From positions 4,261 through 51,036 of the forward strand of contig DLOX01000003.1 in NCBI GenBank assembly GCA_002478575.1: DNA of 46,776 nucleotides, in the 5' to 3' direction. This stretch comes from Sphingomonadales bacterium UBA7473. Lineage in GTDB: Bacteria > Pseudomonadota > Alphaproteobacteria > Sphingomonadales > Sphingomonadaceae. The position numbers and the translations under genes are program-made. The notes beneath the pieces are model-generated. The model saw nothing but the letters and a program-made list of their open reading frames with translations. It was not told the origin of the DNA and did no database searches. Below, in pieces: positions 18,573-29,039 of the stretch; the stretch's first letter is position 1, and the number at the start of each line of letters is the position of its first letter.

Positions 18573-19214
18573 TCAACGATAGAAGATATGATTGCCAAGC
18601 GCTGCGACGCGCGTCAGCCGCCAGCCGGGGCTGACATGATCGGCGTGGAAAAATAAGGCTTTACCCACGCCACTTGACCACAGCTTGTTGGTTGCAATCG
18701 TGCTGATCGCGACAGCCTCACGCCAGGCGCGGCTCGATTTCATGATGGGAGGGAAAGATCCGCCGCGCACAAAGGAGAATTGGCTGGGCTGAAAAATCAC
18801 GCCGCACACCGATGAAGGAAACCGACCGGACTTTGCCCGGTTCAAAATCACTTCAGCAACCGCAAGCTGACCCACCAAAGGCTCGCCCTTGGATTCGAAA
18901 TAGATAGCACCAGCGAGGCATTCCGCTTCGCGGCCTTCGACAGATGTCGCCGAATGCAAACGCACCAATTCAGCCAAAGAACTGGCCTTAGGCGCTTCAT
19001 CTTGAATTTTATCTTCTTCTGGCGCCTCAATCACCGTGGGGATGGCGGCCTGTTCGGCAACAGCGGCATCGATGACGGATTGAGGGAGAAGACTGACTTC
19101 CTGTGTATCAGGAAGCGCACTGGCCGTTACGGCTGAAGTGCTGCTGACCATGCTGAGGCCAGCAAGAGATAGAATCGATAAGGCCGCAACCGCAGCCTTG
19201 GAACCAATAGACAT
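18573..19214 (-). CDS. Cell wall hydrolase (SleB/Hydrolase_2)
   Basis: CLAGAIYFESKGE, VILNR, QFSF, GNHIFYR. Confidence 0.92.
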   Translation of the reverse strand: MSIGSKAAVAALSILSLAGLSMVSSTSAVTASALPDTQEVSLLPQSVIDAAVAEQAAIPTVIEAPEEDKIQDEAPKASSLAELVRLHSATSVEGREAECLAGAIYFESKGEPLVGQLAVAEVILNRAKSGRFPSSVCGVIFQPSQFSFVRGGSFPPIMKSSRAWREAVAISTIATNKLWSSGVGKALFFHADHVSPGWRLTRVAALGNHIFYR

Positions 19215-19388
19215 TGAACAACTTGACTATGCGGAAGGTCGATCCATCAGAGCAGCCTGATACTGCGGCACTCTGCGATCTTCCCCCGTCTGCGTCCCCA
19301 CCCAAACCTGCAAGATACGCGCAAGCGACAGCGGGGCTATGCAATTAAACTGTGAGCGCCATCATAGTGCGGTGCAGCAAAGTCAAAT

Positions 19389-19724
19389 TTAATCGCTCAT
19401 TTCAGCGATGAGCCGTTCGCCATTCGCGATGTCCAGTTCAATCAACCATAAATCCGGATCACGCTGCTGACGTCGCGTCAAATATTCATCAATTTCTCTA
19501 ATATTATCAATGACTTGTGGTCCAACACGTTGCCAGGAATAGCCTGTTTCGAGCGCCAATACCCGCTCAAAAAGCCCGTAAAACTGCCCTTTTTCAAGTA
19601 GTTGGATGAGGATCGCACCAGCATTTTCATCGCCTCTGGACAGGAGCATCGCATGCCCCCCTTCCGTCTGCGTGCGACGCATGAGGGCGGAGACAAAGAG
19701 CCCAGCGGCGAGCCGCGTTGCCAA
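19389..19724 (-). CDS. DUF1491 family protein
   Basis: RGDENAGAI, RDPDLWLIE; TTG start inferred. Confidence 0.8.
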   Translation of the reverse strand: MATRLAAGLFVSALMRRTQTEGGHAMLLSRGDENAGAILIQLLEKGQFYGLFERVLALETGYSWQRVGPQVIDNIREIDEYLTRRQQRDPDLWLIELDIANGERLIAEMSD

Positions 19725-19725
19725 T

Positions 19726-20202
19726 TCAGCCCCCCACCCGATAGCCCGGCAAGCTGCCAAGCGCGATCCCAGAGCGCATGAATGTGCCTGTGCCCCGCGC
19801 GGCTTCATCGCCATCGGAATCGATCAACCGAGCCTCTGCAATGAAAACACGCTTGCGGCCGCTGATCCATTTGCCTTCCGCAATCACTGGGCCGACCTTC
19901 AAGGGTCGTGTGAAGAAGAGATTGAAGGCCGTTGTCAGCAAGAAACGATCCAACACTAAGCTGTTCGCCGCGTAGAAGGCCGCGTCATCCAGCATTTTGA
20001 AATAGGATGAGCCATGCACCGCGCCCGCCGCATGATAATGATCTTCGCCAACGATGAAGCGGATGGTGCAATGCCCTTCCTCTGGTATCGCTATTTCGGA
20101 TCGAAAGAAGCTGTTGATCGGTGCGGTTTTGTATAGCGATTCAAGGGAGCGGAAATGGGCGGGATCAACGGACCCCGCCGCTTGCGCTTCAGGCAGCGTC
20201 AC
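19726..20202 (-). CDS. PaaI family thioesterase
   Basis: HAAGAVHG, LDDAAFYAA hot-dog fold motif. Confidence 0.88.
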   Translation of the reverse strand: MTLPEAQAAGSVDPAHFRSLESLYKTAPINSFFRSEIAIPEEGHCTIRFIVGEDHYHAAGAVHGSSYFKMLDDAAFYAANSLVLDRFLLTTAFNLFFTRPLKVGPVIAEGKWISGRKRVFIAEARLIDSDGDEAARGTGTFMRSGIALGSLPGYRVGG

Positions 20203-20656
20203 GGACCTGTGCACCTGCGATGATCGCCATAGCCGCATCTGATGAACCTGCGCCGCGCAGTTTCGCCACAAAGCCCGGATCGCGCAGCCAACGGCTGACG
20301 AGCGCCAGTGCCTTCAAATGATCGGCCCCGGCATCCGGCGGAGACAGCAAGCAGAAGACCAGATCGACAGGCAAATCATCAATCGCCTGAAAATCAATCG
20401 GCTGATCCAAATGAACGAAAACGGCCACAATTTGGTTGAGGCCAACGATTTTTCCATGCGGAATCGCAATGCCATTGCCAAAACCAGTTGAACCGAGCCG
20501 CTCTCGCTCTGTCAGCCGCTCAAGCACAATCTGAGCATCCAGCCCATATTCGCGCGCGGCAACAGTCGCCAAATGCTGGAACAAGGGTTTCTTGCCCGCA
20601 ACAGCGAATCCAGCAGTCACAGCCCCGGGGCTGAGCAGTTCGGCCAAATGTCTCAT
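20189..20656 (-). CDS. ptsN: PTS IIA-Ntr component
   Basis: RERLGSTGFGNGIAIPH phospho-His motif; follows hpf. Confidence 0.92.
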   Translation of the reverse strand: MRHLAELLSPGAVTAGFAVAGKKPLFQHLATVAAREYGLDAQIVLERLTERERLGSTGFGNGIAIPHGKIVGLNQIVAVFVHLDQPIDFQAIDDLPVDLVFCLLSPPDAGADHLKALALVSRWLRDPGFVAKLRGAGSSDAAMAIIAGAQVRDAA

Positions 20657-20701
20657 AAAGATAGACTTAATCCCAATTGAAGGGGGCAAGTGTGACCGCG
20701 A

Positions 20702-21277
20702 TCAATGCGGTTCCACCCACCCGATTGTCCCGTCTCCCCTACGGTACACCATATTATGGGCCCCCGTGCCCCGGTTCTTAAAGAGCAACGCATTTGTATT
20801 GCGAAGATCGAGCATCATGACAGCATCTGACACACTGGCTTCTGGCACATCAACGCGCGTTTCAGCGATGATCGGCGGGTTGTCCGCCAGCACTTCGGCT
20901 TCTTCATCAACTTCTGGTTCCAAGAAAACCGTGTAAGCCGCATTTTCCTCAGCTTTCATAGTTGCCGTGGCAACACCATGCTTATCTTTTAACCGACGCT
21001 TATAGCGGCGCAGCTGCTTTTCGATTTTTTCTGCGGCTTCATCGAAGGAAGGATGCGCTTCTTGGCCCCGTCCACCCCCTTTGAGCACCACACCTTGCAT
21101 GACATGCGCAACGATATCGCAGCTGAAACCATGATCATGCGGCCCGCGGCCAAAGGTAACATGCGCCGAAAGCGCTCGAGAAAAATATTTGTCAGCAATG
21201 CCTTGGAGGCGCGTTTCGACATGCGTCTTCAGCGCTTCACCTGTTTCAACCTGATGGCCGGACACACGAATGTCCAT
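20702..21277 (-). CDS. hpf: Ribosome hibernation promoting factor (long HPF)
   Basis: MDIRVSGH, EKQLRRYKRRL, VYRRGDG. Confidence 0.94.
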   Translation of the reverse strand: MDIRVSGHQVETGEALKTHVETRLQGIADKYFSRALSAHVTFGRGPHDHGFSCDIVAHVMQGVVLKGGGRGQEAHPSFDEAAEKIEKQLRRYKRRLKDKHGVATATMKAEENAAYTVFLEPEVDEEAEVLADNPPIIAETRVDVPEASVSDAVMMLDLRNTNALLFKNRGTGAHNMVYRRGDGTIGWVEPH

Positions 21278-21307
21278 GGCATGCCTCCTTTCAATGCGGC
21301 GCGGGCA

Positions 21308-22045
21308 TTAGGCCCCCGCCTTTCCTGCGTCAATCTCTGCCTCTTGATCGTTCATCGTCCACAGCGGATCCACCAATTTGGCGATGAAGGCGCGGTGCCG
21401 TTCCAATTCTTCTTCGCTTGCCGCAAACACCCGGGCAGGGCGAGGCGCAGAGCGAGGGCGATCCGCCGCGTTGCCATTTAGATCACCAAAATCGATGGTT
21501 GCCCGGGCAATGGGATCAAGACCCAACCCAATCTGACGCCCGCCGGTCAGCTCGACATAGACTTGCGCCAATAATTGAGCGTCCAGCAGGGCGCCGTGCA
21601 AAACCCGGTGGCTGCGATCAATGCCAAAACGGGTGCAAAGCGCATCCAAACTATGCTTGGCCCCCGGAAATTTTGTCCGCGCCAGCACCAAAGTATCGAC
21701 CATGCGCGTCATCGAGACCTTCAGTCGCCCGCAAGCCGCAAGCTCGGCGTTGATGAAGGAGAAATCAAAGCTGGCATTATGAGCAACCAGCGGGGAATCA
21801 TCGATAAAGTCGAGGAAATCCTCAACCACATCTTCAAACAAGGGTTTATCCGAGAGGAAGCTATCCGACAGGCCATGCACCGCGAACGCGGCAGGATCCA
21901 TGGGTCGTTCGGGATTGAGGAAGGTGTGATAGGTTTTTCCGGTTTCCACCCGATTGACCATTTCGATGCAGCCAATTTCAACCAGCTTATCCCCGTTGGC
22001 GGGGCTTAGGCCTGTCGTTTCGGTGTCGAACACAATTTCGCGCAT
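21308..22045 (-). CDS. dnaQ: DNA polymerase III epsilon subunit
   Basis: DTETTG, HNASFD, HGALLDA exonuclease motifs. Confidence 0.96.
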   Translation of the reverse strand: MREIVFDTETTGLSPANGDKLVEIGCIEMVNRVETGKTYHTFLNPERPMDPAAFAVHGLSDSFLSDKPLFEDVVEDFLDFIDDSPLVAHNASFDFSFINAELAACGRLKVSMTRMVDTLVLARTKFPGAKHSLDALCTRFGIDRSHRVLHGALLDAQLLAQVYVELTGGRQIGLGLDPIARATIDFGDLNGNAADRPRSAPRPARVFAASEEELERHRAFIAKLVDPLWTMNDQEAEIDAGKAGA

Positions 22046-22056
22046 TATGCGTCAGA

Positions 22057-22662
22057 CTATCGGCGCTTTGCTCTCTGAATACAAGTGACCACGCGCTGGA
22101 CGGCCCGATATGTTTCGATTCTGAGACAACCAGTTTCGATGATGATATTCGCTTTTGCCCGCTTGATATGATCGGGCACTTGCAAGCGGCGGATTTGCTT
22201 CAATTTCCCTCGGCTCATCCCCGGCCGTCGCAAAACCCGCTTGGCCTGCATCCATAGGGGGGCGGAGACGACCACCACCATATCAGCAGCTTTTACGGGA
22301 TGAAGCGGCTTTGCCTTTTCAAACAGCAAAGGAATATCAAGCACCACCATTGCGCGGGCACGATGACGGCGAAGGAATCGTTGGCGGCTCTTATAAACGG
22401 CAGGGTGGATGATCTTTTCGAGCGCTTTGAGTTCAGCGGGTTTTCCAAGCACCATCGGCCCAAGCTTAGAACGATCAACGCCATTTGGCCCAGTCGAGCC
22501 GGGGAAGCGCGCTTCGATGATGGAAACCAATGCCCCACCGGCGCTTTGCAAGCGGTGGACCTCGGCATCGGCATCGAAGACCGGCACACCCAGCCGACGG
22601 AACATCCCCGATACCGCCGATTTGCCCATGCCAATGGAGCCGGTGAGGCCAATGCGGATCAT
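22057..22662 (-). CDS. coaE: Dephospho-CoA kinase
   Basis: GLTGSIGMGKS, DAD, DIPLLFE. Confidence 0.96.
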   Translation of the reverse strand: MIRIGLTGSIGMGKSAVSGMFRRLGVPVFDADAEVHRLQSAGGALVSIIEARFPGSTGPNGVDRSKLGPMVLGKPAELKALEKIIHPAVYKSRQRFLRRHRARAMVVLDIPLLFEKAKPLHPVKAADMVVVVSAPLWMQAKRVLRRPGMSRGKLKQIRRLQVPDHIKRAKANIIIETGCLRIETYRAVQRVVTCIQRAKRR

Positions 22663-23465
22663 TTGATCAGCAGCTCCCGCAATTCATCATCATGACCTTC
22701 GGGGACGGGCTGACCAAAGAACATCTCAAACGCCAATGCCGCTTGGCCAATCAGCATATCGAGACCATCAATTGTCTCCAGCCCTTGATCCATTGCGGCT
22801 TTCAATAAACCAGTCTCCAGAGGCGCATAGACAATATCATAGACCAGTGCGTCGTCAGGCAAGGGCGAGAGATCGAGATCAAGCGGCGGCTGGCCAGTCA
22901 TGCCCAAGCTCGACGCATTGGCGAGAAGAAGCGCTGGCGGCAAAGGCGCATCCAGCGGCTTCACTTCGCCCTTGAGGCCAAAACGCGCCAGCAAAGCCGC
23001 GCCTTTCAAGGGGTTTCGTGCCAAGATCGTCACAGACCCTATGCCCGATTGTTTCAACGCAAAGAGGATTGCGTGAGCCGCACCCCCGGTTCCAACAACA
23101 ATCGCTGTCTCCCCAGCGAGCGAAACATCCATAATCGGCATCAGGAATCCACCAGCATCGGTATTGGTGCCAATCAAGCGGCCCTCTTGCCGCAATATCG
23201 TGTTCATCGCTCCAATGCTGCCGCGGACATCGCCCGGATCATCGACCAGATCCATGACCGCCAGCTTATGCGGAATGGTGACATTGCACCCCAGCCAGTC
23301 CGCGTCTTCGCGCCTCCGCGCGATAAATTCTTCAAGTTCGTCCGGCCGAACATGGGTGCGGCGATACTCCGCCTCTATCCCCAGCTTTTGCAACCAAAAA
23401 CCATGGATCAGAGGCGATTTGCTTTGCGCAATCGGATCGCCAATCACTTCTGCATAGCGCATCAA
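22659..23465 (-). CDS. aroE: Shikimate dehydrogenase
   Basis: SKSPLIH, NVTIPHK, GTNTD, GTGGAA, YDIVY. Confidence 0.96.
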   Translation of the reverse strand: MMRYAEVIGDPIAQSKSPLIHGFWLQKLGIEAEYRRTHVRPDELEEFIARRREDADWLGCNVTIPHKLAVMDLVDDPGDVRGSIGAMNTILRQEGRLIGTNTDAGGFLMPIMDVSLAGETAIVVGTGGAAHAILFALKQSGIGSVTILARNPLKGAALLARFGLKGEVKPLDAPLPPALLLANASSLGMTGQPPLDLDLSPLPDDALVYDIVYAPLETGLLKAAMDQGLETIDGLDMLIGQAALAFEMFFGQPVPEGHDDELRELLIK

Positions 23466-24049
23466 GCCACCACTCCTTGTGTCCGCAGCATTTCGAGAAC
23501 CGGCAGCAAAGGCATACCCAAAACCGTGAAATGACTGCCGGTGATCCGCTCAAACAGCTGCACCCCACGCGCTTCAATCCGGAAACAGCCGACGCACCCT
23601 GAGATGGCGGGCCACTCGATATCGAGATAAGACTCGATGAAAGCGTCAGACAAAGCCCGAACCTCCAAATGAGCATCATCGGACCGCCAATCCACGATCT
23701 CGCCGCCCTTGGCCAAGGCCGCACTGCTATCGAGCACCATCATTTGGCCTGAAAACGCCCGTAAATGTTCAGCAGCATTGGCTCGACTGGTTGGTTTGTC
23801 GAACATCCGCCCAGTGACGGAGACCATTGAGTCACCGCCAAGCACAAGTCGGTCGGGATGGAGGGAAGAAACCGCCAATGCCTTGGCCTTGGCCAATTCG
23901 CACGCAATGTCGCGTGGGCCTGCGCCGTCAGCGGCCATCCGATCCTTGATCGCGCCTTCATCGACAGGCGTGGTGATGATTTCGAACTCCACCCCGGCAG
24001 CCGTTAACATATCGCGCCGCGATGCGCTTCCCGAGGCCAAGATGATCAT
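23462..24049 (-). CDS. maf: Maf family nucleotide pyrophosphatase
   Basis: [20 protein letters not shown]. Confidence 0.93.
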   Translation of the reverse strand: MIILASGSASRRDMLTAAGVEFEIITTPVDEGAIKDRMAADGAGPRDIACELAKAKALAVSSLHPDRLVLGGDSMVSVTGRMFDKPTSRANAAEHLRAFSGQMMVLDSSAALAKGGEIVDWRSDDAHLEVRALSDAFIESYLDIEWPAISGCVGCFRIEARGVQLFERITGSHFTVLGMPLLPVLEMLRTQGVVA

Positions 24050-24870
24050 GCCGCTGCTTCGCTGCGTTCTTGATGGAGATTGATGATGGCGGCAGCCACT
24101 TCCTCAATCGAGCGACGCGTCACATCAATCACGGGCCAGCCATTGTCAGCAAAAATCCGCCGCGCAAAAGCGACTTCCCGGGCGACTGCTTCCTGATCAA
24201 CATAATCCGTCTCTGGCGCTTGGTTCAAAGACAGCAAGCGATTGCGCCGCACCTGAATCAAACGATCAGGATTGATGATCAGACCCACAATCAATGGCCT
24301 TTTCAGCTCATAGAGCAAAGGCGGAGGCGGCGATTCAACGACCAGCGGGATATTGGCGGTCTTAAAACCGCGATTGGCCAGATAGATTGAGGTCGGCGTT
24401 TTGGACGTCCGCGATACACCCGCCAAGATGATATCGGCTTGGTTCCAATTCTCATAGGACGCGCCATCATCATGGGCGATGGTGAATTGAATCGCTTCAA
24501 CCCGGCTGAAATAGGCCGCATCCAAACTATGCTGCCGCCCGCGCTTGGCTTGCGCTTGAAGACCAAGAACCGATGATAAAGCATCGACCACGGGATCAAG
24601 CACGGCAACGACCGGCAAGCCCAGTTCAGCGCAGCGATCTTCCAACTTCACACGCAATTCGCTGCTCACCATCGTGAAGAGCACTAGGCCGGGATTGGCG
24701 GCGATCTCATCCAACGTGCGGATCAAATGGCCTTCAGTGCGCACCATTGGCCAGAAATGCTTGACCGTCTCCACTGCGTCAAACAAAGCCAAAGCGGATT
24801 TCGCGACGGTCTCTAAGGTTTCGCCCGTAGAGTCAGAAACAAGATGCAGATGATGACGCGTAACAGTCAC
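24046..24870 (-). CDS. Pyruvate phosphate dikinase/PEP synthase regulatory protein (DUF299)
   Basis: [26 protein letters not shown]. Confidence 0.93.
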   Translation of the reverse strand: MTVTRHHLHLVSDSTGETLETVAKSALALFDAVETVKHFWPMVRTEGHLIRTLDEIAANPGLVLFTMVSSELRVKLEDRCAELGLPVVAVLDPVVDALSSVLGLQAQAKRGRQHSLDAAYFSRVEAIQFTIAHDDGASYENWNQADIILAGVSRTSKTPTSIYLANRGFKTANIPLVVESPPPPLLYELKRPLIVGLIINPDRLIQVRRNRLLSLNQAPETDYVDQEAVAREVAFARRIFADNGWPVIDVTRRSIEEVAAAIINLHQERSEAAA

Positions 24871-24894
24871 TGACGCTTTTTGGCCCCTTTTCGG

Positions 24895-25175
24895 ATATGT
24901 CCACTGTGGATAATCCTATGGGTAAGGACCTAGGCAAGCATCCGGATAAGAGCAAGCGCCTGATCAATGCCCGAAGGTCCGAAATCGCCCCCCAAAATCA
25001 TCCACATCTTATTTGAATCATCCCCAACCTGTGGACAATGGGGACGACTCCAAGCGACTCGTGGGGGTGCCGTTAGGGCCTTGGGGATGAATCTGGGATG
25101 CTTTGATAATCCCCGTGCTCAAGCCGCCAACTACTATCATCATCCTTTTAGAATCTTATTCTATAGATTAGGGGG
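24895..25175. other. Putative chromosomal replication origin (oriC)
   Basis: DnaA boxes 24905-13 (TGTGGATAA), 24998-25006 (TCATCCACA), 25030-38 (TGTGGACAA); TCCCCA-type boxes 25018, 25039, 25082; five GANTC sites; CTACTATCATCATC trios then AT-rich tract; DUF299/hemE position as in Caulobacter Cori. Confidence 0.88.
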
Positions 25176-25181
25176 CAAGGC

Positions 25182-26198
25182 ATGACGAAGCCTTTGCTCA
25201 AGACACTGAAAGGCCACCGACAGGTGGTTCCCCCGTTATGGCTTATGCGCCAAGCTGGACGCTATTTGCCCGAATATCGTGAACTTCGCGCCACCAAAGG
25301 CGGGTTTCTTGAGCTTTGCTATGATCCAGAATCTGCCGCTGAAGTGACGTTGCAGCCGATCCGTCGCTTTGGCTTTGATGGCTCCATTCTCTTTTCTGAC
25401 ATTCTCGTCATCCCGCACGCACTGGGCCAGCGGCTGTGGTTTGAAGAAGGTGAGGGGCCACGCCTTGCGCCTACATTGGTTGATTCAACGCTTGAGGCTT
25501 TGGAAGCTGTGCCTGAGCGGCTGAACCCGATTTACGAGACTGTCCGCAAAGTCGCCGCAGACTTGCCCAAGGAAACAACCTTCCTGGGTTTTGCGGGAAG
25601 TCCCTGGACCATCGCAACTTATATGGTCGCTGGCCAAGGCAGCAAGGATCAAGCGGTTGCACGATCCATGGCCTACCGAGATGAGCCGGCCTTTGATGCC
25701 TTGATCAAAGCGATCACCAGCATGACGATCGATTATCTTTGTCAGCAGATCGAAGCGGGGGTAGACGCTGTGCAGCTGTTTGACAGTTGGGCTGGATCTT
25801 TGTCTCCAACCCAGTTTGAACGCTGGGTGATTGCCCCCAATGCGGCGATAGTGGCGGGCGTGAAGGCGCGGCATCCTGAAACACCCATCATTGGCTTTCC
25901 AAAAGGCGCAGGGGGGAAGATTGCGGCCTATGCCCGTGAGACACGTGTTGACGCGATTGGCCTCGACGAAACGGTAGACCCGGCCTGGGCCGATAGCATT
26001 TTGCCGCCTGAGATGCCTGTGCAGGGCAATTTGGACCCGCTCGCGCTGCTGGCAGGCGGTGAGGCGCTTCGAAGCGCTGTGAGCCGCATCCTAACCGCTT
26101 TTCCAGAGCGTCCCCATATCTTCAATTTGGGGCATGGCATTTTGCCGCCGACGCCGATTACACATGTGGAAAGCCTCATTGCTCAGGTGCGGGGCTGA
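25182..26198 (+). CDS. hemE: Uroporphyrinogen decarboxylase
   Basis: WLMRQAGRYLPEY, FSDIL, FNLGHG. Confidence 0.97.
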   Translation: MTKPLLKTLKGHRQVVPPLWLMRQAGRYLPEYRELRATKGGFLELCYDPESAAEVTLQPIRRFGFDGSILFSDILVIPHALGQRLWFEEGEGPRLAPTLVDSTLEALEAVPERLNPIYETVRKVAADLPKETTFLGFAGSPWTIATYMVAGQGSKDQAVARSMAYRDEPAFDALIKAITSMTIDYLCQQIEAGVDAVQLFDSWAGSLSPTQFERWVIAPNAAIVAGVKARHPETPIIGFPKGAGGKIAAYARETRVDAIGLDETVDPAWADSILPPEMPVQGNLDPLALLAGGEALRSAVSRILTAFPERPHIFNLGHGILPPTPITHVESLIAQVRG

Positions 26199-26641
26199 TG
26201 GCTGGCTTTTTGGGCGATGCCTATCTGTGGGTCAAAGCGATCCATATCATTGTCGTGATTTTCTGGATGGCTGGGCTGTTCATGCTGCCGCGCTTCTTTG
26301 TTTATCATCAGGAATGCGAAGAGGGATCGCCTGAAATTGCCCGCTGGGTAGAGCGCGAACGGCGATTGGTGCGGATCATCTTGACGCCCTCGTTGATTGC
26401 GGTCTGGGTGCTGGGCCTGATCTTGATGCTTGATACAGGCGCCTGGATGTCGGGTTGGTTCCATGCCAAGCTGCTGCTTGTTCTTGGCCTTTCCGGCTAT
26501 CATGGCTGGATGAGCGCGTACGCGAAACGCTTGGCGGCGGGCGGACCTTTGCTCAGCGGAAAAGCCTTGCGTCTCGCCAATGAAGTTCCCGGGCTTGCCG
26601 CGATTTTGATCGTCATTTTGGTGATCATTCGGCCATTTTAA
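26198..26641 (+). CDS. hemJ: Protoporphyrinogen IX oxidase
   Basis: KAIHII...WMAGLFMLPR, WFHAKL, NEVP; hemE-hemJ-rho synteny. Confidence 0.92.
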   Translation: MAGFLGDAYLWVKAIHIIVVIFWMAGLFMLPRFFVYHQECEEGSPEIARWVERERRLVRIILTPSLIAVWVLGLILMLDTGAWMSGWFHAKLLLVLGLSGYHGWMSAYAKRLAAGGPLLSGKALRLANEVPGLAAILIVILVIIRPF

Positions 26642-26663
26642 ACTGATTTTAAAAAGAACAGGA

Positions 26664-26693
26664 TTGACATTTTTATCCAAATATGTTCTAAAT
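26664..26693 (+). promoter_or_regulatory. Sigma70-type promoter candidate
   Basis: Perfect TTGACA, 18 nt, then CTAAAT within an AT-rich patch. Confidence 0.5.
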
Positions 26694-26698
26694 AAGCT

Positions 26699-26932
26699 AT
26701 GAATGATGTCACGGCCTTGTTGAGACATGCTGATGCGATATCGCACGCAAGGCGCTGTATCTTTGTTCATCTTGGAAAAAGGGCGTCGCAACGCTGGAGA
26801 GTCCGGGACTTTGTGGACTTAGGCGCGTTTCTGCGGTTTTTCTTGGGGTCTCCTGGCTTGACGAACGGGGCGTCACGGCATATTCGCCGAACATCAGTAC
26901 AGCGTCCTGCATGTGCTCGCCTGACCAATTGA
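26699..26932 (+). CDS. Possible small hypothetical protein (77 aa), possibly leaderless
   Basis: ATG 6 nt after the predicted -10 element; no recognised homology. Confidence 0.3.
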   Translation: MNDVTALLRHADAISHARRCIFVHLGKRASQRWRVRDFVDLGAFLRFFLGSPGLTNGASRHIRRTSVQRPACARLTN

Positions 26933-26984
26933 ACTTATCCTTGGCTGGCCATCTCCCACACCCGATTATCGGAATTTTATCGTG

Positions 26985-28241
26985 ATGCATTTGAAAGAAT
27001 TGAAGAAAAAAACCCCTGCTCAGCTGGTCGAGATGGCTGAAGAGCTGGGCGTTGAAGGCGCATCGACTCTGCGCAAACAGGACATCATGTTTGCGATCCT
27101 GAAGGTCGAAGCCGAAAATGGCGAAGAAATTATCGGCGAAGGCACAATTGAGGTCATGCCTGACGGTTTTGGTTTCTTGCGCGCGCCTGAATCCAACTAT
27201 TTGGCTGGCCCGGATGATATTTATGTCTCGCCCAATATGGTCCGTAAATTTGGTCTGCGTACTGGCGATACGGTTGAGGGTCAGATTCGGGAGCCACGCG
27301 ATGGTGAGCGTTATTTTGCGCTGACCGATGTGAAACTGATCAATTATGACGATCCGGATGTGGTGCGTCACCGCGTCAATTTTGACAATTTGACGCCGCT
27401 TTACCCTGATCGCCGCTTGAAGCTCGATTGCCTTGACCCCACCGTCAAAGACAAGTCAGCCCGCGTGATCGATATCATCAGCCCCCAAGGCAAAGGCCAG
27501 CGCGCGTTGATCGTCGCGCCACCGCGCACCGGTAAAACTGTGCTTCTCCAGAATATGGCGAAGGCAATTACCGACAATCACCCTGAGGTTTTCCTGCTCG
27601 TTCTTCTCGTCGATGAACGGCCCGAAGAAGTCACTGATATGCAGCGCAGCGTGAAGGGTGAAGTGATCAGCTCAACCTTTGACGAGCCAGCGTCGCGCCA
27701 TGTTCAAGTCGCTGAAATGGTCATCGAAAAGGCCAAGCGCTTGGTCGAGCATAAGAAGGATGTTGTGATCCTCCTCGATTCCATCACGCGCCTTGGCCGT
27801 GCTTACAACACTGTCGTTCCCTCATCGGGCAAAGTCTTGACCGGTGGTGTCGATGCCAATGCGCTGCAACGCCCCAAACGCTTCTTTGGCGCGGCGCGGA
27901 ATATTGAAGAAGGCGGCTCGCTTTCGATCATCGCAACGGCGCTCATTGATACCGGCAGCCGCATGGATGAAGTGATTTTCGAAGAGTTTAAGGGCACTGG
28001 CAACTCTGAAATCGTGCTTGATCGCAAGGTTGCAGACAAGCGCATCTTCCCCGCGCTGGATGTTGGCAAATCCGGCACCCGGAAGGAAGAATTGCTGGTT
28101 GAGAAGGATAAGCTCAGCAAGATGTGGGTGCTTCGCCGCATCCTCATGCAGATGGGCACCGTCGACGCAATGGAATTCCTGCTCGACAAGATGAAGGATT
28201 CGAAGACCAACGACGATTTCTTCGATTCGATGAATCAATAG
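26985..28241 (+). CDS. rho: Transcription termination factor Rho
   Basis: [29 protein letters not shown]. Confidence 0.98.
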   Translation: MHLKELKKKTPAQLVEMAEELGVEGASTLRKQDIMFAILKVEAENGEEIIGEGTIEVMPDGFGFLRAPESNYLAGPDDIYVSPNMVRKFGLRTGDTVEGQIREPRDGERYFALTDVKLINYDDPDVVRHRVNFDNLTPLYPDRRLKLDCLDPTVKDKSARVIDIISPQGKGQRALIVAPPRTGKTVLLQNMAKAITDNHPEVFLLVLLVDERPEEVTDMQRSVKGEVISSTFDEPASRHVQVAEMVIEKAKRLVEHKKDVVILLDSITRLGRAYNTVVPSSGKVLTGGVDANALQRPKRFFGAARNIEEGGSLSIIATALIDTGSRMDEVIFEEFKGTGNSEIVLDRKVADKRIFPALDVGKSGTRKEELLVEKDKLSKMWVLRRILMQMGTVDAMEFLLDKMKDSKTNDDFFDSMNQ

Positions 28242-28248
28242 GGTTTTC

Positions 28249-28752
28249 GTGTCAGAACCACGGGTCATTCTGGTGGTGGGCTGTACGGGCGCGGGCAAGA
28301 CCACCTATGCCCGCCAGCTTGCCGACGAAATGGACGCGATCCGCTTCTCGATTGATGAGTGGATGATGCCCCTGTTTGGCCCCGATCAGCCGACACCGAT
28401 CCGATTTGACTGGATGATGGAGCGTGTGAATCGCTGCGAAGCCATGATTTTTGAGATGGCCAAACAGGCAATCGTTCGGAGCTGCTCGGTCGTCCTCGAT
28501 CTCGGCTTTACCAAGAAAGAGCATCGCGAAAAGTTCCGCATCCTCTGTGCAGAAGCTGGATTGAGCGTGGCGGTCCATTTTGTTGATGTGTTGCGTGAAA
28601 CCCGTTGGCAGCGGGTGGAACAGCGCAACCGAGACAAGGGCGAAACCTTTGCGATGACGGTTGATCGCAGCATGTTTGATTTTATGGAAACGATGTGGGA
28701 AGCGCCCTTGCCGGAAGAATGGCAGGCGAACGGGGGGCAGCGCATCGCATGA
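28249..28752 (+). CDS. AAA_33-like small P-loop kinase/ATPase
   Basis: GCTGAGKTT, SIDEW, VVLDLG. Confidence 0.8.
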   Translation: MSEPRVILVVGCTGAGKTTYARQLADEMDAIRFSIDEWMMPLFGPDQPTPIRFDWMMERVNRCEAMIFEMAKQAIVRSCSVVLDLGFTKKEHREKFRILCAEAGLSVAVHFVDVLRETRWQRVEQRNRDKGETFAMTVDRSMFDFMETMWEAPLPEEWQANGGQRIA

Positions 28753-29039
28753 TTTTGGAACATGCTCTGTTGCAGGTGCGGAGCGGGCAAGAATCGGCTT
28801 TTGAAGCCGCAATGGCCCAAGCGCGGCCCTTGATTGCGGATTCTCCCGGCTTTGTCAGTATCGAGGTTCGGCCTGCGGCTGAGCGCGCGGGTCTCTATCT
28901 GTTGCTCGTCGAATGGGCGTCTATTGCGCATCACCGCGATGGATTTCGCACCTCGGATCGCTATCAGCAGTGGCGCGATCTGCTTCATTCCTTTTATGAA
29001 CCTATGCCTGAAGTGGCTTATTTTGGAGAGCCTTTGTGA
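28749..29039 (+). CDS. Antibiotic biosynthesis monooxygenase (ABM) family protein
   Basis: MILEHALL, FEAA, PGF, YLLLVEW. Confidence 0.88.
   Translation: MILEHALLQVRSGQESAFEAAMAQARPLIADSPGFVSIEVRPAAERAGLYLLLVEWASIAHHRDGFRTSDRYQQWRDLLHSFYEPMPEVAYFGEPL

Noticed and set aside
28900-29036. yybP-ykoY riboswitch before the TerC gene
   Set aside because: The TerC start overlaps the ABM stop, leaving no leader
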